38,315 nucleotides of DNA, from assembly GCA_013115145.1 (NCBI GenBank), contig JAAPAO010000337.1, positions 1 through 38,315 on the forward strand. Direction: 5' to 3'. The notes under the pieces are model-generated. The model was given only the letters and a program-made list of their open reading frames with translations. It made no database searches and was not told the DNA's origin. This DNA comes from Perkinsus chesapeaki ATCC PRA-425 (lineage: Eukaryota; Protista; Perkinsozoa). Below are positions 21,830 to 34,253 of the stretch, piece by piece (position 1 is the stretch's first letter; every line of letters begins with the position of its first letter). A program made the position numbers and the translations under genes.

Positions 21830-23550
21830 CACACACTACTGTCGAGCAATCACCGAGTAGGTGCCGCCCATCGAATCCACCCTTGAATGACTTACATCAG
21901 ACTTCACCAGCTCACTACAGATGACCGTCTCGGCGGAAACAGCTTCCGATCGTGCTACCCCTCTACCGCTAACCTGGTGATAAACGAATCTATTCCATAC
22001 GTCAAATGCGCGCTTCTACCTGGTCGAAAAGATCTCTAATTTGGGTTAAGGAGGTTATCTCCTTATCGTGATCATTTGAATTCTTGAATTCTTCAAATAG
22101 CTCCGATGCTCTCTCAGATAGTCGCCTTTCAGCGTCGATCCTCTGAATAAAACCAAGTATCACCAACTTTATACCGTCGACCCTCCCAAGCAGCGCGTGC
22201 CCCTCGAATCACATCTTGGCGACCTATGCTCGGCCCTCCGACATTTCCGTTCGAAATACTTTCCCTTGACAAACCAAATAGTCCGAAGATTACTGCACGG
22301 AGCCCAAAAATGTGAAAATCGACACCGTTATAGTGAACCCACGAGAGCAGAGCTCCTTCAATGGGAGTGGCAGCAATGTTACCTTCGAAATCTCTACCAC
22401 CCATTCCTTTCCCTCTCTGTCAGTGATTCTCCTAGTGTCCCCCTTTACACAATGCAGGCGAGAGCATGCATTCATTTAAGCAGTATAAATGATGATAAGG
22501 ACCAATCAACCCCATCGCACAGCACTTTCTCAGTTCCTCAAGCTTCCTACCTTTTGGTCGATCGGCTTCGGCTTCGCCTCCCTCAAAGATTCTCTCAAAT
22601 CCTCAGCAGTGGACAGCACATGACCGCACTCGCTAGATTTCTCCTTCTTAGTCTCTAACTGAGAAGTCAACACCACCGTCCAACTACCCTCTGCCTCAGT
22701 CGGTCCTAACCGAATACCCTTGAAGCTCTCAGCCGAACAACCGACTGAAATTTTCCCAAATGATTATCGCTTTTCACACGCTCACCAACTGCAGCATCGT
22801 CACCATCACCCAGGAAATAATAGATCACAGGCAACCCGCCGCATTGCCTTGTTGAAAGCCAATAACTTATACTCTCCGAAAAGTTAAACCAGTGTGATTT
22901 TAAATACCACATTGGTAGCTATATCACTTGATAAGTACCACAATAACTAATTGTCAAGTGCTTCACTGGGCTATCACATCAACAAACATTTCAACATACA
23001 TCAACACTATATTACTTCATTTGCCCTATCCTTCTCCTCCTTTACCGACATAACAGTCTCATGTTTAGGCGAAGAGGAGGCACTCCCTTCAATGGAGCTA
23101 TATGATAGATAGAAATATAATACCGTCAATCCGATAACCTAAACCGACAGCATCCCTCCTTCAACTTATAAACATGATTCCAACTCAGCCCCTCACAGGC
23201 CAATTGAGCGGTCGGACTCTCTAAAATTGACTTGCCCACCGCCGACAAGCCTAACAAGGCCTGCTGTCAATGGCCTTATATGCTGTTTGATTGTTGCCTC
23301 TTAAACACCCTATCACTCTACCATAATAACAATCACTCCAGCGGCTAATCCCCAGATTTCCGACACAGAAAAGGAAGCTCCTCGCTTCCACTTTTACCGT
23401 TAAAATTATTCCGTATACAGTTTTATATAAAAAGGACTTGCAATGATGATCGAGAATTCGGGCAGACAGTGGAGTGAATATATAAAGTTCATGTAGAATC
23501 GTTTCATAAATCGATATAATACTATTATTAAAAATTATCACCCCTATCAC
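21830..23550 (-). CDS. Hypothetical multi-exon protein with a coiled-coil-like segment
   Basis: Exon-like pieces bounded by splice signals: PLKGVPPLRLNMRLLCR, LETKKEKSS...RRRSRSRSTKR, DAERRLSERASELFEEFKNSNDHDKEITSLTQIRDLFDQ, VSGRGVARSEAV. Boundaries are uncertain. Confidence 0.35.
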
Positions 23551-23844
23551 GCTTCATCCGAGGTGATGACATACGCTATGTCAGGAAGAAGGATAATCCT
23601 TCTTATCATTCAACCACTATTGGGGTGGCGGTATGTCACATACGCCCACCACAACTACTAGCCGATAACTTACCAAAGCAGTTGATATGAACAGAAGGAT
23701 GATATTCCACAGAGGCAGGTCACTACTACTCCACCATCCTCCTACTACTCCACTGAGTGCATCCAACCAACCCTCTATGGGTTCCAGTAACGATGAACGA
23801 AGAACAAACATAGACAATCTTCTGAAAATACCCAATAATATTCC

Positions 23845-23869
23845 GGGTTTTGGGTTTTTGGGTTTCGGG
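23845..23869 (+). other. Telomere-like G-quadruplex motif GGGTTTTGGGTTTTTGGGTTTCGGG
   Basis: Four G3 tracts separated by loops of 4-5 nt. Confidence 0.65.
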
Positions 23870-23968
23870 TTTTCATAACCCAATTGAATACTACAACCCA
23901 AACTCATCTGCAATCATTCCTAATACTACATATAATAATGCAAAAAGTTTAGCGGAGCGACGCACTAT

Positions 23969-26867
23969 TCACCGACCACTCGCCTTCCCAGTTCCCCCGG
24001 CACTCGAGGCAGCAGCGGCCGCAGCAGCAGCTTGCTGTTGTTGTCGTTGGGCAGCTTCGCCCAAACTTCGTAGAAGCACTTGGCGTTGCTCTGGGCTAGC
24101 CGAAGCCAACCTCTGCTGGAACTCGGCCAAGGCGCTGCCCGCTGGTGGGGGTGCAATGATGGGATTTGAGGAAGGAGCGGTATGAAATCTAAAAGGGAAT
24201 TTCGACAGACTGTCCTGCCATTTTCACTTACAATTGTTGCATTCCTGGACGATATTGATATGCATTCTGACCCATCGCCGGTCTTGTACGTACAGACGCC
24301 TGCGCACCGCGAAGATTTTAGATACTCAAAGATACTCTCCAACCTGTTGCTGCGCTCTAAGATGCGCTGTTCTATTAGCCTGATTCAATGCAGCCCACTG
24401 TGCCGCCTGGTTATAAGGCGTCCCTCCAGCAGCTGCAGTGGCGGCGGGGGTGCCCGACTGCTGCTGTTGCTGCCTTCCTGCCATGTTATAACGAGTTGAC
24501 CATGTTGTTGTCGCTGGAGTAAGATATGATCCAGGCCTCGAAGAAGTTGCCCCAGCAACCCTGATAAAATATCATCATCCAGGCCCGTCTATCGCCAAGG
24601 TCCCACTCAAAAGATCACCCTTCTAATTTCGCGGCGCGCGACAAATACCTTTCTTTTTCAACACATCCACTATTCCTCTCTATATCCCCGACCAGCACAG
24701 TTCATCCATCCTCAGTTTTGTGGCGCGCGGTAATTGCCTTCCCACTCAAACTTATATTGTCCACCCCTTAACGAGCACCAAATGCTCGCCGCGGGAATGC
24801 ACTCCATTCCTCCACTTCCCTTGAAATATACTTCCTCTACTACACCTTAGCAACATCTCTATTTTTTACACTAGGACTATTCCTACTTTCTCCCCTACAT
24901 TCTCACACCATGAATGCTACCGGTCGGCTAACGAAGCCCCCTCCCCCTCCTACTACCTTGCCCCAGCAGCAGCTCCCTGTTGTGTGCTGCCAACTGCTGC
25001 TGCTGTCCCTGCTGTTGCATTGCCTCTCACATTTTGTATCTGCTTCTCTCTCGACGCCCTATGCCTCTGTGCCATCTCCTTCAGCGGCTCCGTATCAACA
25101 CCTGCTATTATATATGATCGATCAGCCGTTGCAAAACATAGCCCAGCTCGCACACAAGAAATGCGTAACTTACCAACCATGCCGAAAACTGATCAAGTCG
25201 AGTTGCGAAAGCCCTAGACATTGTTATACTGTCTGTTGAAATACTTCCCCTTTTTTCAAAACAACATATATCTTTGTGGTCGCCGAGGCCCAAGAGTTCC
25301 ACAGATTTCTCTAAAAAATCTTTCGGCCTCAAAACGGAGTTTCCGCGCGAAGATTCTGAGAGTCCTCTGACCAACAGTGAGTCACGTCGATAAAGACAGG
25401 TATGGCTTTGCTCATCCCAATCTAATAAAGCCTAACTCAATGTACCCATCTTCGACCTTTGAACCTTTGAACTGAACGGAAACTATAATGCAATGGAACA
25501 CGGCTGTAGCTTATTTACCCCACACAACCTACTTGAACCCTTGAATCCAAGTGTCCTAGAAAAGCCCAACAATATTACCCCCGTTACTACCTGCATCACT
25601 CAGCCCTGCCGCTTGCATGGCATTCTCGTATCCTACGCCCAAAATATATCCAGTGAACTCCCTCTCAACCCTCAATGTGCCATTGAACGCTACAAAGTCA
25701 TCGGTATCCAGCCCAAACACCCGACAATCGTTCAATGGCGCCACCGTACTCGGGCAGCCCCCCAGGCGCCTCCTCAAATGACGGTCAACAATGCCCTCTG
25801 GCAGACCGTCGATCCCCTCGAGGAACTTCCTAAGGCTCTTCTCGGCACTCTTAGGCTCCAGCTCCCCCGGCAACACCGATGAAGATGATGAGCCCATAAC
25901 AGTCGCCTTCCCAGGGGATGTATGATCTATGAAATCTGCGCTGCTTCCCACTCGCACAAGCATATTAGGCGCCCCTCGATTTGAAAATCGGTTCTCCTCC
26001 ACCACAGTAGCATACGCCTCTATAACGTCCTTTGTCATATTAGACGGTGTCCCAGTGTATTCGATGGCATGCAGTGCATTCCTTAGACTTCCCGGCAACT
26101 TATCAACAGCTTCAACACTGTTCCTGTTCACCTGAGTTGCTGTACCTAAACCATCCCCACTACACCCCAGCAGCGTCGACCCTACTTCGTACCGTGGTGA
26201 TCTCGTCTAGTATACGACCTTCTGGAGCCTGCTCGACTGTTTACTGTTGATGATTCTATACTGTCGTCAGGCAGCCTTAAACCGTGTAATTGAGCAAGAT
26301 CGAATTGTTTCTCCCCATCAGCTTGTAATTTCTAAACACCTTTAATCAGCAATATCGTCTCACGCCCCACCTTACCTCTGCCGCTTTGTGCCATGGGGAC
26401 CCCTCGGGGTTGAAGGTCATTGCATTGGTGCATATAAGGTTGAAATCTTTCCTTATATCATCCACAGTCTTATAAGCTCTCTTGGAGGCCCTGGCTTCCA
26501 TCAAATCAAAGCTCATAGGGTTCTTAATAATATCTCGGTAAGTAGGCACTTCGTTAACATCGACCGGGTAATAAAAGAATTGGTTTCTGTCCTTCGATCT
26601 CATCCACCTCAGTATTATACCGCACAGATCTCTATAAGGCTTTTGTCGCCATTGCCGCTGACTGATACCGAAGACCTGTGGGTTGTGGGTGCCGCCAGTG
26701 CGCCGTCGTTTCGCCTGTGTTGATTCATCCGGTCGGTCATGACCCGCTGCGGCCTCCGAACCTGCTTGTTCACTATTTTGACGTTTCAGGCTCGGAGTAA
26801 GAACCATTAAAATAATTAATGGGCGAGCGCAAAATCTAACAAAGCGGAGAGGGATCAAAATGACCAC
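23969..26867 (-). CDS. Bromodomain-containing protein (BRD7/9-like) with a Q/A-rich low-complexity C-terminus
   Basis: LCGIILRWMRSKDRNQFFYYPVDVNEVPTYRDIIKNPMSFDLM...YKTVDDIRKDFNLICTNAMTFNPEGSPWHKAAE is a canonical bromodomain with the conserved Asn. Downstream exons run to ...GKASGR* at 23969. The 5' exon is uncertain and may extend to ~27100. Confidence 0.85.
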
Positions 26868-28214
26868 CTGTTACCGACGATTGGGGAAAGTTTATACATG
26901 TGTGTGAAAGAGTTACACAATCGGAACTACTTCCACACATATAACCGTTCGCGCTCACCGTTCGATTGACAACCCCACTGTTTTAACACTCGCCGGCTCT
27001 TTTCTGCATGAACTACCTCCCGCTTCTGTCGGTAATGATGATGGGGTACTCTGATGATTTGGGAAGGCTCATTGGCCCTATGAATGACTGTTGCACGCAT
27101 ACGCCGTGCGCACGCGTACAAGTGGCTCGAACTGATCGTGCTAATTTAGTAAACAAAAATAGTACATAGAGATATGGCTCGAGCAACAATCATGCTAAAC
27201 GAAACATTGTGAGGCTCAGGAATATTTCATGTCACGTTCAGAGCGCATGTCACGGAGCTTGTTGAGAACGGCCGATTGAAATCGTTCACCTTCAGCAGGC
27301 TTCGCAGTGCGAGGGGCATCGATACCTGCAGCATATAATCACAATGTAGCAGGCAAGTCTAAGTTGTTGTCTGTAGCAAGCATGATAATAGCCGATAAAA
27401 GTATTATCCGACCATCTTAGGAAATATAAGTTATACCATCACATGCAACAAGTGTGTGTGTATTTATAGCCCAATGCCTAGTCTAAGGCTTAGTTGGACT
27501 ATCCATACTATGTGCTGCTTCCGAGCGAGAGTTTAATACCTATACTGTTATTGTCACTGTATGGTTCACTCAAAGGAATGTAACTAGTGTCAAGAGATCA
27601 TACATGCAACAAGTTTGCTCATAACACTATCACTTTGTTATCAATATTATCAAGTGGATTATTTATATACTCGGGAGCAATAGAGCCGTAATAAAGGACA
27701 GTTATCAGTTTCACAGCAAACAACGTTGCTACGTGATCCCACAATCTATGGGATATAGTATATTCGATAGACCGATATCTCGACGAGATAAAGGTTTATA
27801 GTACGGCGGTATCGAGAGAGATACCATTGAGATAATCGCAAGTTCAACTACTCCTCGCATTTATAGGCCGTCTTGATTCTTCCCTCATCGTCAACTGCTG
27901 TGACATGTCCGTAGCGTTGCCGTGAATTACTGCGTAGCTGCTGATAGGAGCATCGTTATCTTCGCCACTTTCCCACCTGAACTCCTTTGTCTATTACAAC
28001 CATCAGCGATCGACTAACATATATCGAAGCGCTAGGCTATGAAACGCCCTATCCGATAGCCTTTATCAGCACACGCTCTACAGCGGACTAGCACATACAG
28101 GATTCGGGAGGCAAGTTGCATTTGCCAAAGTTCTCACTGTCGTTCAGCAAATTCCCGAACAGCAGTGAAAAATCTTAGTTATTCGTGAAGGTAAAACATA
28201 AAGTACCTGTGAGA

Positions 28215-28254
28215 ACTTCTCAGTGAGAAATCTCAAAAAAAATCACTGAGAAGT
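28215..28254. repeat. 12-bp perfect inverted repeat (ACTTCTCAGTGA / TCACTGAGAAGT) with a 16-nt spacer
   Basis: Arms at 28215-28226 and 28243-28254. Confidence 0.7.
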
Positions 28255-30119
28255 GGAGCACCTACGTCCCGGCTGAATATCTTGTAATATCTCCCAGGAA
28301 TGCAGAGCTTAACAAACGGCTCCCCACCAAAGTCCGCCTCACTCCTGTGTCCCCATGGTATGGCCAAGAAGTCTCTCGAGTGCCGCGACTGCGTCACAGT
28401 TTCCGAGTAGGCGCTCCTCAGCCAGGAGCTTTCCAATCTGGAAAGTGATATCTCTAACATGCTCCATAAGGCCCCACCGCTCTCTTTCGGGTTTCGCCTA
28501 AGAGCGCACTTAGCCACTCTACGGTTTCAGGACTTCCCGCTGGAGTTCTCCGTTTACTGCACGCTGCACGCATGCGCAAAAAGTCACACTACCAAAACGG
28601 CGATCACTGGGCGGTTTGCCACACAGCCGAATACGTAGATGGCGATGAGGTATCCGAAACACTTTGCCGAGCGCTCTGGAATGGCCAACGTCAATCCGGG
28701 CCGAGACCGCACTGGCCACTCAGGGAAACTTTCCTTCAAAACTGGATCATCGAGGTTGTGACATAAGCGCCTCGAGAAAGTACGCGGCTCCGAGACGGCT
28801 TCGATGGAGATGAACCGCACACCTCATCTCGGTATTTCGGTATCTTTGTATCATGCCACGAAATACAGATACAATTATTCATTACTGGGACTATGCTATC
28901 GAGTCTTAGAGCCTAGCCCAACCATCAGTGGTCCGGGGTGAAGGAAACTTGTCTCTACAAGTTTTCGTTGCAGGGAAGCGAAGCTGAACGGTTCAAATTT
29001 TCCGACTGCTGCCGACGCGTATTGGGTTCTCGATGACTAAACGAAAAACAGTTCTATTCCCAGAAAAAAAACGGTTGTGACGTAACCCGTAGACGCCACA
29101 AGGCTCAGGATCTTCATTAGGAACGATGCAAACTGTTTTCTGAGGCAAGCGAAAGGATTTTATGCTTAGCGAACGGCACACCACTGAGGAAGGATTCAGG
29201 CTAAGTAGTAACTCCCTGGTAAGCTTGTACGGAGTAGTCTACATGCCGGATGGAAATATACGAGTTGGAGGTGTATCAAGCTGCCAGTTCCCACTATAGA
29301 CCGGAGGAGACCCGTACTGCTCGCGGCAACTGCACAGAAACAAGTTGTGCGGGTATCCGTCCTACAAGTTGCCATCCTATGGATACGTTTCTACTTGTAG
29401 AATAAACAACTCAACAAGAGCCGTTTAAAGGTGGTTCAGATAAAGTTTTAATACATACAATAATAGTGGTTGCGCTAGGCTAAGGAAAAGGAGACAGCGC
29501 GCACAATAAAAGATACCAATTGTGTGCACATTTCATCACACTACTTCTCGGATGCTATCTACGAGTATTTCGCTGCCTAGAGGGAATACGGTGGGATCGT
29601 GGCAACTACGAAGATATATCCAAGGCTAAGTTTCGAGTTTTCACTGTAAGCCTCGTTGATGACGTACATTTACTACCACCCACTAACAGAATAGAGGATG
29701 CAATGAACTCACCGAGTACACCAAATCCTACTTTATTCATTCTCTACGAAGAATCCCGGTAATATCATTCCTAAAGTAATTTTCCTCTCTAAATGACAAA
29801 CTCAATGCTGCTCGTTTATAAGGAAAAGCCGGTCTTGCTCAAATTCCTTCGTGGGTCACATTTCCCTCTGGCGGAAATACCAAACTCGATAACTGATAGG
29901 ACTGATCCTCGATAACAGTAGAAGAAAAGTTTAAAACCGTAACTGATCAAGGTTCGAGTCTCGAACCCTTTCGCCTGGTCGTCAATATTTCGGCATCATA
30001 AAAGGCGCTATTATGGCACTGCCATGACTTGTGAAAGGTTGACAGATCTTGATCTGGAAATATTGGAAGGGTACATATGTATCTAGACAAAGTAGATGAA
30101 GTTCAAACCGCATCGAAGC

Positions 30120-30860
30120 TCATCGGATGTAGACGGGGAACTTTTTGTGAAAAAGGTCGATCTTCCATTTCTCGTTGAATAACGATTTCCACCAAGCATG
30201 TAATGTGACAGCCCCCACAAGTTCCCAAATTAAGGGCGAATAATCCTTAGTGTTGAAGGTATGGTCAAATGCTATAGAGAGGCCCTTCCTGTTGTCGTCG
30301 CCAGTGGTCTCCTCAAAGCAGGCATCGAGCCCAAAGTCGTAGTTCGGCCCAATGTGGACTTGGGTTACTTTGTTGACAGGCAAGCTGAGGGATTTGCCGA
30401 AGATTTTGGTTGCAGCATTCACCTTGACTCCAACATCGGCAATCCATTTGCCAGTTTTCTCATCAAACCTGCCGCGGCCGTCACCAGCTGCCCCAATGCA
30501 AAGCCCCACAATGCGGGACTTCAAACCCCCAGTATCCTTATTAACAATATTAGCACAGCCATCACCAGTAACGTTGAGACCCACTGGTTGTGATCCATTG
30601 AGCGCCGCTTCTATGTGAAAGTGTGTGGACTTTGAATGGTCAATGGCATCGAACAGATATACCGTCATATTAAGTATTATACCGGGGGTGAAGTTGATGG
30701 TACCCAACGCACAGAACGCATCAGAATCTGGCTTCTTCTGAGGAGTACACCCCGAAGGGATAGAAAATGGTGAAGAGCCGCCCAGCAGAGTAGGTGGCAG
30801 TGAGTGGCGAACAGCAGCAACGTAACCGGTAGAAGCAATAATGCTGAAGATCTTCATCAT
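30120..30860 (-). CDS. Intronless secreted beta-strand-rich protein (~246 aa)
   Basis: A long uninterrupted ORF (30120-30875) with a signal-like MMKIFSIIASTGYVAA, five Cys and many alternating hydrophobic/polar strands. No family recognised. Confidence 0.72.
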   Translation of the reverse strand: MMKIFSIIASTGYVAAVRHSLPPTLLGGSSPFSIPSGCTPQKKPDSDAFCALGTINFTPGIILNMTVYLFDAIDHSKSTHFHIEAALNGSQPVGLNVTGDGCANIVNKDTGGLKSRIVGLCIGAAGDGRGRFDEKTGKWIADVGVKVNAATKIFGKSLSLPVNKVTQVHIGPNYDFGLDACFEETTGDDNRKGLSIAFDHTFNTKDYSPLIWELVGAVTLHAWWKSLFNEKWKIDLFHKKFPVYIR

Positions 30861-32047
30861 GTAAAATAAGAACATTCTTCTGAAGCAGTCAACTTGAGCA
30901 GCTCATTACAATGCATTAGTTTCAATACTGTGTCCTAGAACTACGAATCAGAGTAACCTCAGTACAGAATCCAGAATGATGGGGCCAAAGCGTGGGGCAG
31001 GAGCTATCTCCCAAGTAAAGTTCCAAGAAGCTCACAACTCGATCACCTAGGTGTGCGTACATTGGATGTCACGTCACGTGACAGACCCACAGGACCAATC
31101 GGTGAAGATACACTGCAGCGAGGGCAGAGGGATTATCTCAAGGAATGGATTATCTTGTGTGGTTGGACGGCAACTCGAAATGTCATATTCTATAGTATCC
31201 TAACTTTGTTCGCACTGATATCGGGTTTGCCCACATCCCACCACGAGAGCATAAAACCGAAGGAGCACCGTCAAAGCCTTCCAGTTTCGTGACGAAACTT
31301 TCGTCTCCGCAGCTATTGGTGACTCTTGATTAAATGGAATAAGGGAGCCTGGAACTTCCAGGCTGGGGGTAAACCACGGTGCGTTGAGCTCAGAACATCG
31401 GACCTCGCTGGATCCAGTAAGATGGGAGTGTATCGGGGCTATTTATAGAGTTTCCGGGAGCCTGCAGCTCATGGCTGCGACAGCATCTGTTTTCTAGGGA
31501 CAGCATCAATGTCACAACTTGACGACTGGCCAATGACCAGTAAAAAGCGTATCACAGTGCAGCAGCGCCTGGCGGACCTGGTCGATAGTGAGCCCGGACT
31601 TCCTGCCCCCCTGACCAGGGTATGAGTTATGGCTATGCTAAGACAGGAGGTTCTAGGAGGACTTGCATGAGACTCACGCCGTGGGCCCAAACCCAGCCGT
31701 CACCACTCACAGTGCCACCACGCCATATCTGTGGGGCTAGCAGCCATAGCAGATAGAAGTACTATCTCGCTAAGGTGTGCGACTACAGGATCCCGGGGGC
31801 GGGGGCCAGGAGACAGCGCCACAACCATATAGGCCCCATTCTCAGTGTTAATGTAGCTTGGACATTCCTGGCCATGTTCAGCAGGCAGCAAGCGCGGTAG
31901 CATGATGGTCTTCGCTTTTAGCAAAGCAGCAAATCGTACAGACCACCACACAACGTATTGAAGTACTCCTCAGTAATCTCAACCGAAGCCCCACTGAATA
32001 AACAAAACATCAGTCGTCAATGCGAACTATAACAATGTCACATAGCA

Positions 32048-33302
32048 TCATCTCAATGTAGCACCAGAACGCATCTCTACAGTGTTGAAGAAAGTTAGGC
32101 CCCAGTTCTCCGCGTCACCATTGCGGACAACAGCCAGGGAAGCGTCCACAGGTCTCGGCCCATATATTCTCACTTGTCGGATATGCGTATCGCGGCCGTT
32201 CTGACAAAAACGGTCACCAAAGCCTTTACTTCGCCGATACTTGGTGATTGCCGATTACAGCGATTTGGAGGTAGAAAGTTCGGATGAACGACTGGGCTAC
32301 TATATCATCTCGGAAGGTAACTCCACGTTGAAGATGGTAACTGATAATGCAATTGATGAAGTATCTTTCAAGGTTACACATTCGAGCATGAAAGTTGCGG
32401 AGGCAAACGGTTGTTGCTGAGTGGCGCCAGGAGAGTTCGAGATTTCCATCGACCGAGATTGTCACCTCGTCTTACTCGGGGCTGTTGTCATGGCTTCTGG
32501 TGAGCGCTAATGGTATGACAATCCATCCCTCGGGCTGGTACAATGTTAACCTTTGTATCTCCTGAATGTATTCAAACTCTTCAACGTAGCAGTTCGGTCT
32601 CTTACATTGAGATCAAATAGAGTATTGCCTATACGGACAGATATGACGGCTGGAGTGTAGGACTCATCGGCCTTGTACGATACGAAGATGTGAATTTCCT
32701 GAAATAAGAACAACTAAACCATAGGCCAGTAAAAAGCGAGTAGAAGTTATCTGCTAGCTTTTGCTCACTACAAGTTTGTAATAGAAAATAGCGTGCTAAG
32801 TAGTAGTGTGCTTACAAGTTTTAAATCCTTCATCAGAAGAGAAGTGACCAAGGAATCCTTATATCGAATTCGAACAAACTATATTTACAGTTCTCGGGTT
32901 TCGCCTAGGATGAAAAATCTTAGGGGTGGATTAACTTCCTCTAGGACACTTTCCGTAACGAGATTCGGTTGTGGCATCGGGACGTTGCGCAATAAGGAAC
33001 GTATAAGATGAGGTGATGATGCTTACGGTGACCTTTTCCAAGCCATTGGTGAATTCGAAGTCTATGGTATGATTCACTGATCCTGGTTGTGCCGCCTGAC
33101 TGTCTATCGTCCTTGTTATCGCCGCCATTGCATCACTTTGCCAGAAGGTCTCTTCACTATTGTCCCTCAGTTGCACAATACCATAACCAGGCTTAGCCGA
33201 GGAGAGGGTCCATCGACAACGGTTACTTATCTGAGACGCAGTAGAAGCCTTCAGCAGCGTAAGCCGGCCATCAGCCATCTCAATAGCACCCCAAACTGTC
33301 AC
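32048..33302 (-). CDS. APC10: Anaphase-promoting complex subunit 10 (DOC domain)
   Basis: WTLSSAKPGYGIVQLRDNSEETFWQSD, ADESYTPAVISVRIG, PEGWIVIPL and LQIAVIGNHQ|NGRDTHIRQVRIYGP occur across in-frame GT-AG introns. Confidence 0.92.
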
Positions 33303-33446
33303 AAGGGATGCTCGAAACCGAAGTTATACAGAATCCTTCTCTGCCCAGTAGAGATACATTATTGTTAATATAACGATAAGAGCAGGCTGATGTAGAACGG
33401 TTACTACTACCAATATCTCCCAGCTAAGAATGCGATAGCATATTGG

Positions 33447-33770
33447 TCATCGACACTTGTTACTGCGGCGCCATTTAAAATTGAACATACACCCCCCACA
33501 TTGCAAGATACAGGGGACATCCGATAACAAAGCACAGGTCATATAGATAGAATGCAAGCGATCTAGTATAAGAAGGCATAGCCGCCTTACTTCTCGAAGA
33601 CCCCGACTCAGCGCACTGGCAGCTGGGCTCTTATTATGGAAGCGATTTCTAATAGCTTGGGCAGCCCGACGAGAGGGTGATGCTGAATGAGATGCGGAAG
33701 CAGCTCCAGGTGGGGGACTTATGCCCGAAAAGGATGTCAGAATCTCCCCAGGGGACCGACGAGATGACAT
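33447..33770 (-). CDS. Hypothetical protein, possibly spliced
   Basis: 107-aa ORF starting at an ATG just outside the 60-nt satellite. No motif recognised. Confidence 0.3.
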   Translation of the reverse strand: MSSRRSPGEILTSFSGISPPPGAASASHSASPSRRAAQAIRNRFHNKSPAASALSRGLREVRRLCLLILDRLHSIYMTCALLSDVPCILQCGGCMFNFKWRRSNKCR

Positions 33771-33784
33771 TAGAGAAGCTAGAC

Positions 33785-34126
33785 GACGATATGGCTGTAT
33801 TAAGTGGCAGCTGTTCTAGATTGGTAGTAACACCTACTCATAATCGACGATATGGCTGTATAAGTGGCAGCTGTTCTAGATTGGTAGTAACACCTACTCA
33901 TAATCGACGATATGGCTGTATAAGTGGCAGCTGNNNNNNNNNNNNNNNNNNNNNNNNNNNNNNNNNNNNNNNNNNNNNNNNNNNNNNNNNNNNNNNNNNN
34001 NNNNNNNNNNNNNNNNNNNNNNNNNNNNNNNNNTTCTAGATTGGTAGTAACACCTACTCATAATCGACGATATGGTTGTATTAAGTGGCAGCTGTTCTAG
34101 ATTGGTAGTAACACCTACTCATAATC
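33785..34126. repeat. 60/61-nt tandem minisatellite spanning an assembly gap (N 33934-34033)
   Basis: Unit GACGATATGGCTGTA(T)TAAGTGGCAGCTGTTCTAGATTGGTAGTAACACCTACTCATAATC is seen on both sides of the gap. Confidence 0.95.
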
Positions 34127-34253
34127 ACTAAGTACGGGAATGGCTTCTGTCTTAGAGTTTCAGTAAACCCTTAGGCATAGAATCCGCCCTAGTGACTGGC
34201 CGCCAATAACCTTTCTCTCTATCCGTAACCCCTCTACGATATAGAGGAGGGCT

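Noticed and set aside
29952-29968. GGTTCGAGTCTCGAACC as a tRNA T-arm
   Set aside because: It is an 8-bp palindrome, and the T-stem does not pair in tRNA register on either strand.
31346-31364. Odd-centred palindrome AGCCTGGAA-C-TTCCAGGCT and similar 7-8-bp ones elsewhere
   Set aside because: The arms share no common sequence, and counts are close to chance for a 38-kb window.
33785-34126. CRISPR-like array
   Set aside because: Units are contiguous tandem copies with no unique spacers, there are no cas genes, and the context is eukaryotic. The same applies to the other minisatellites.
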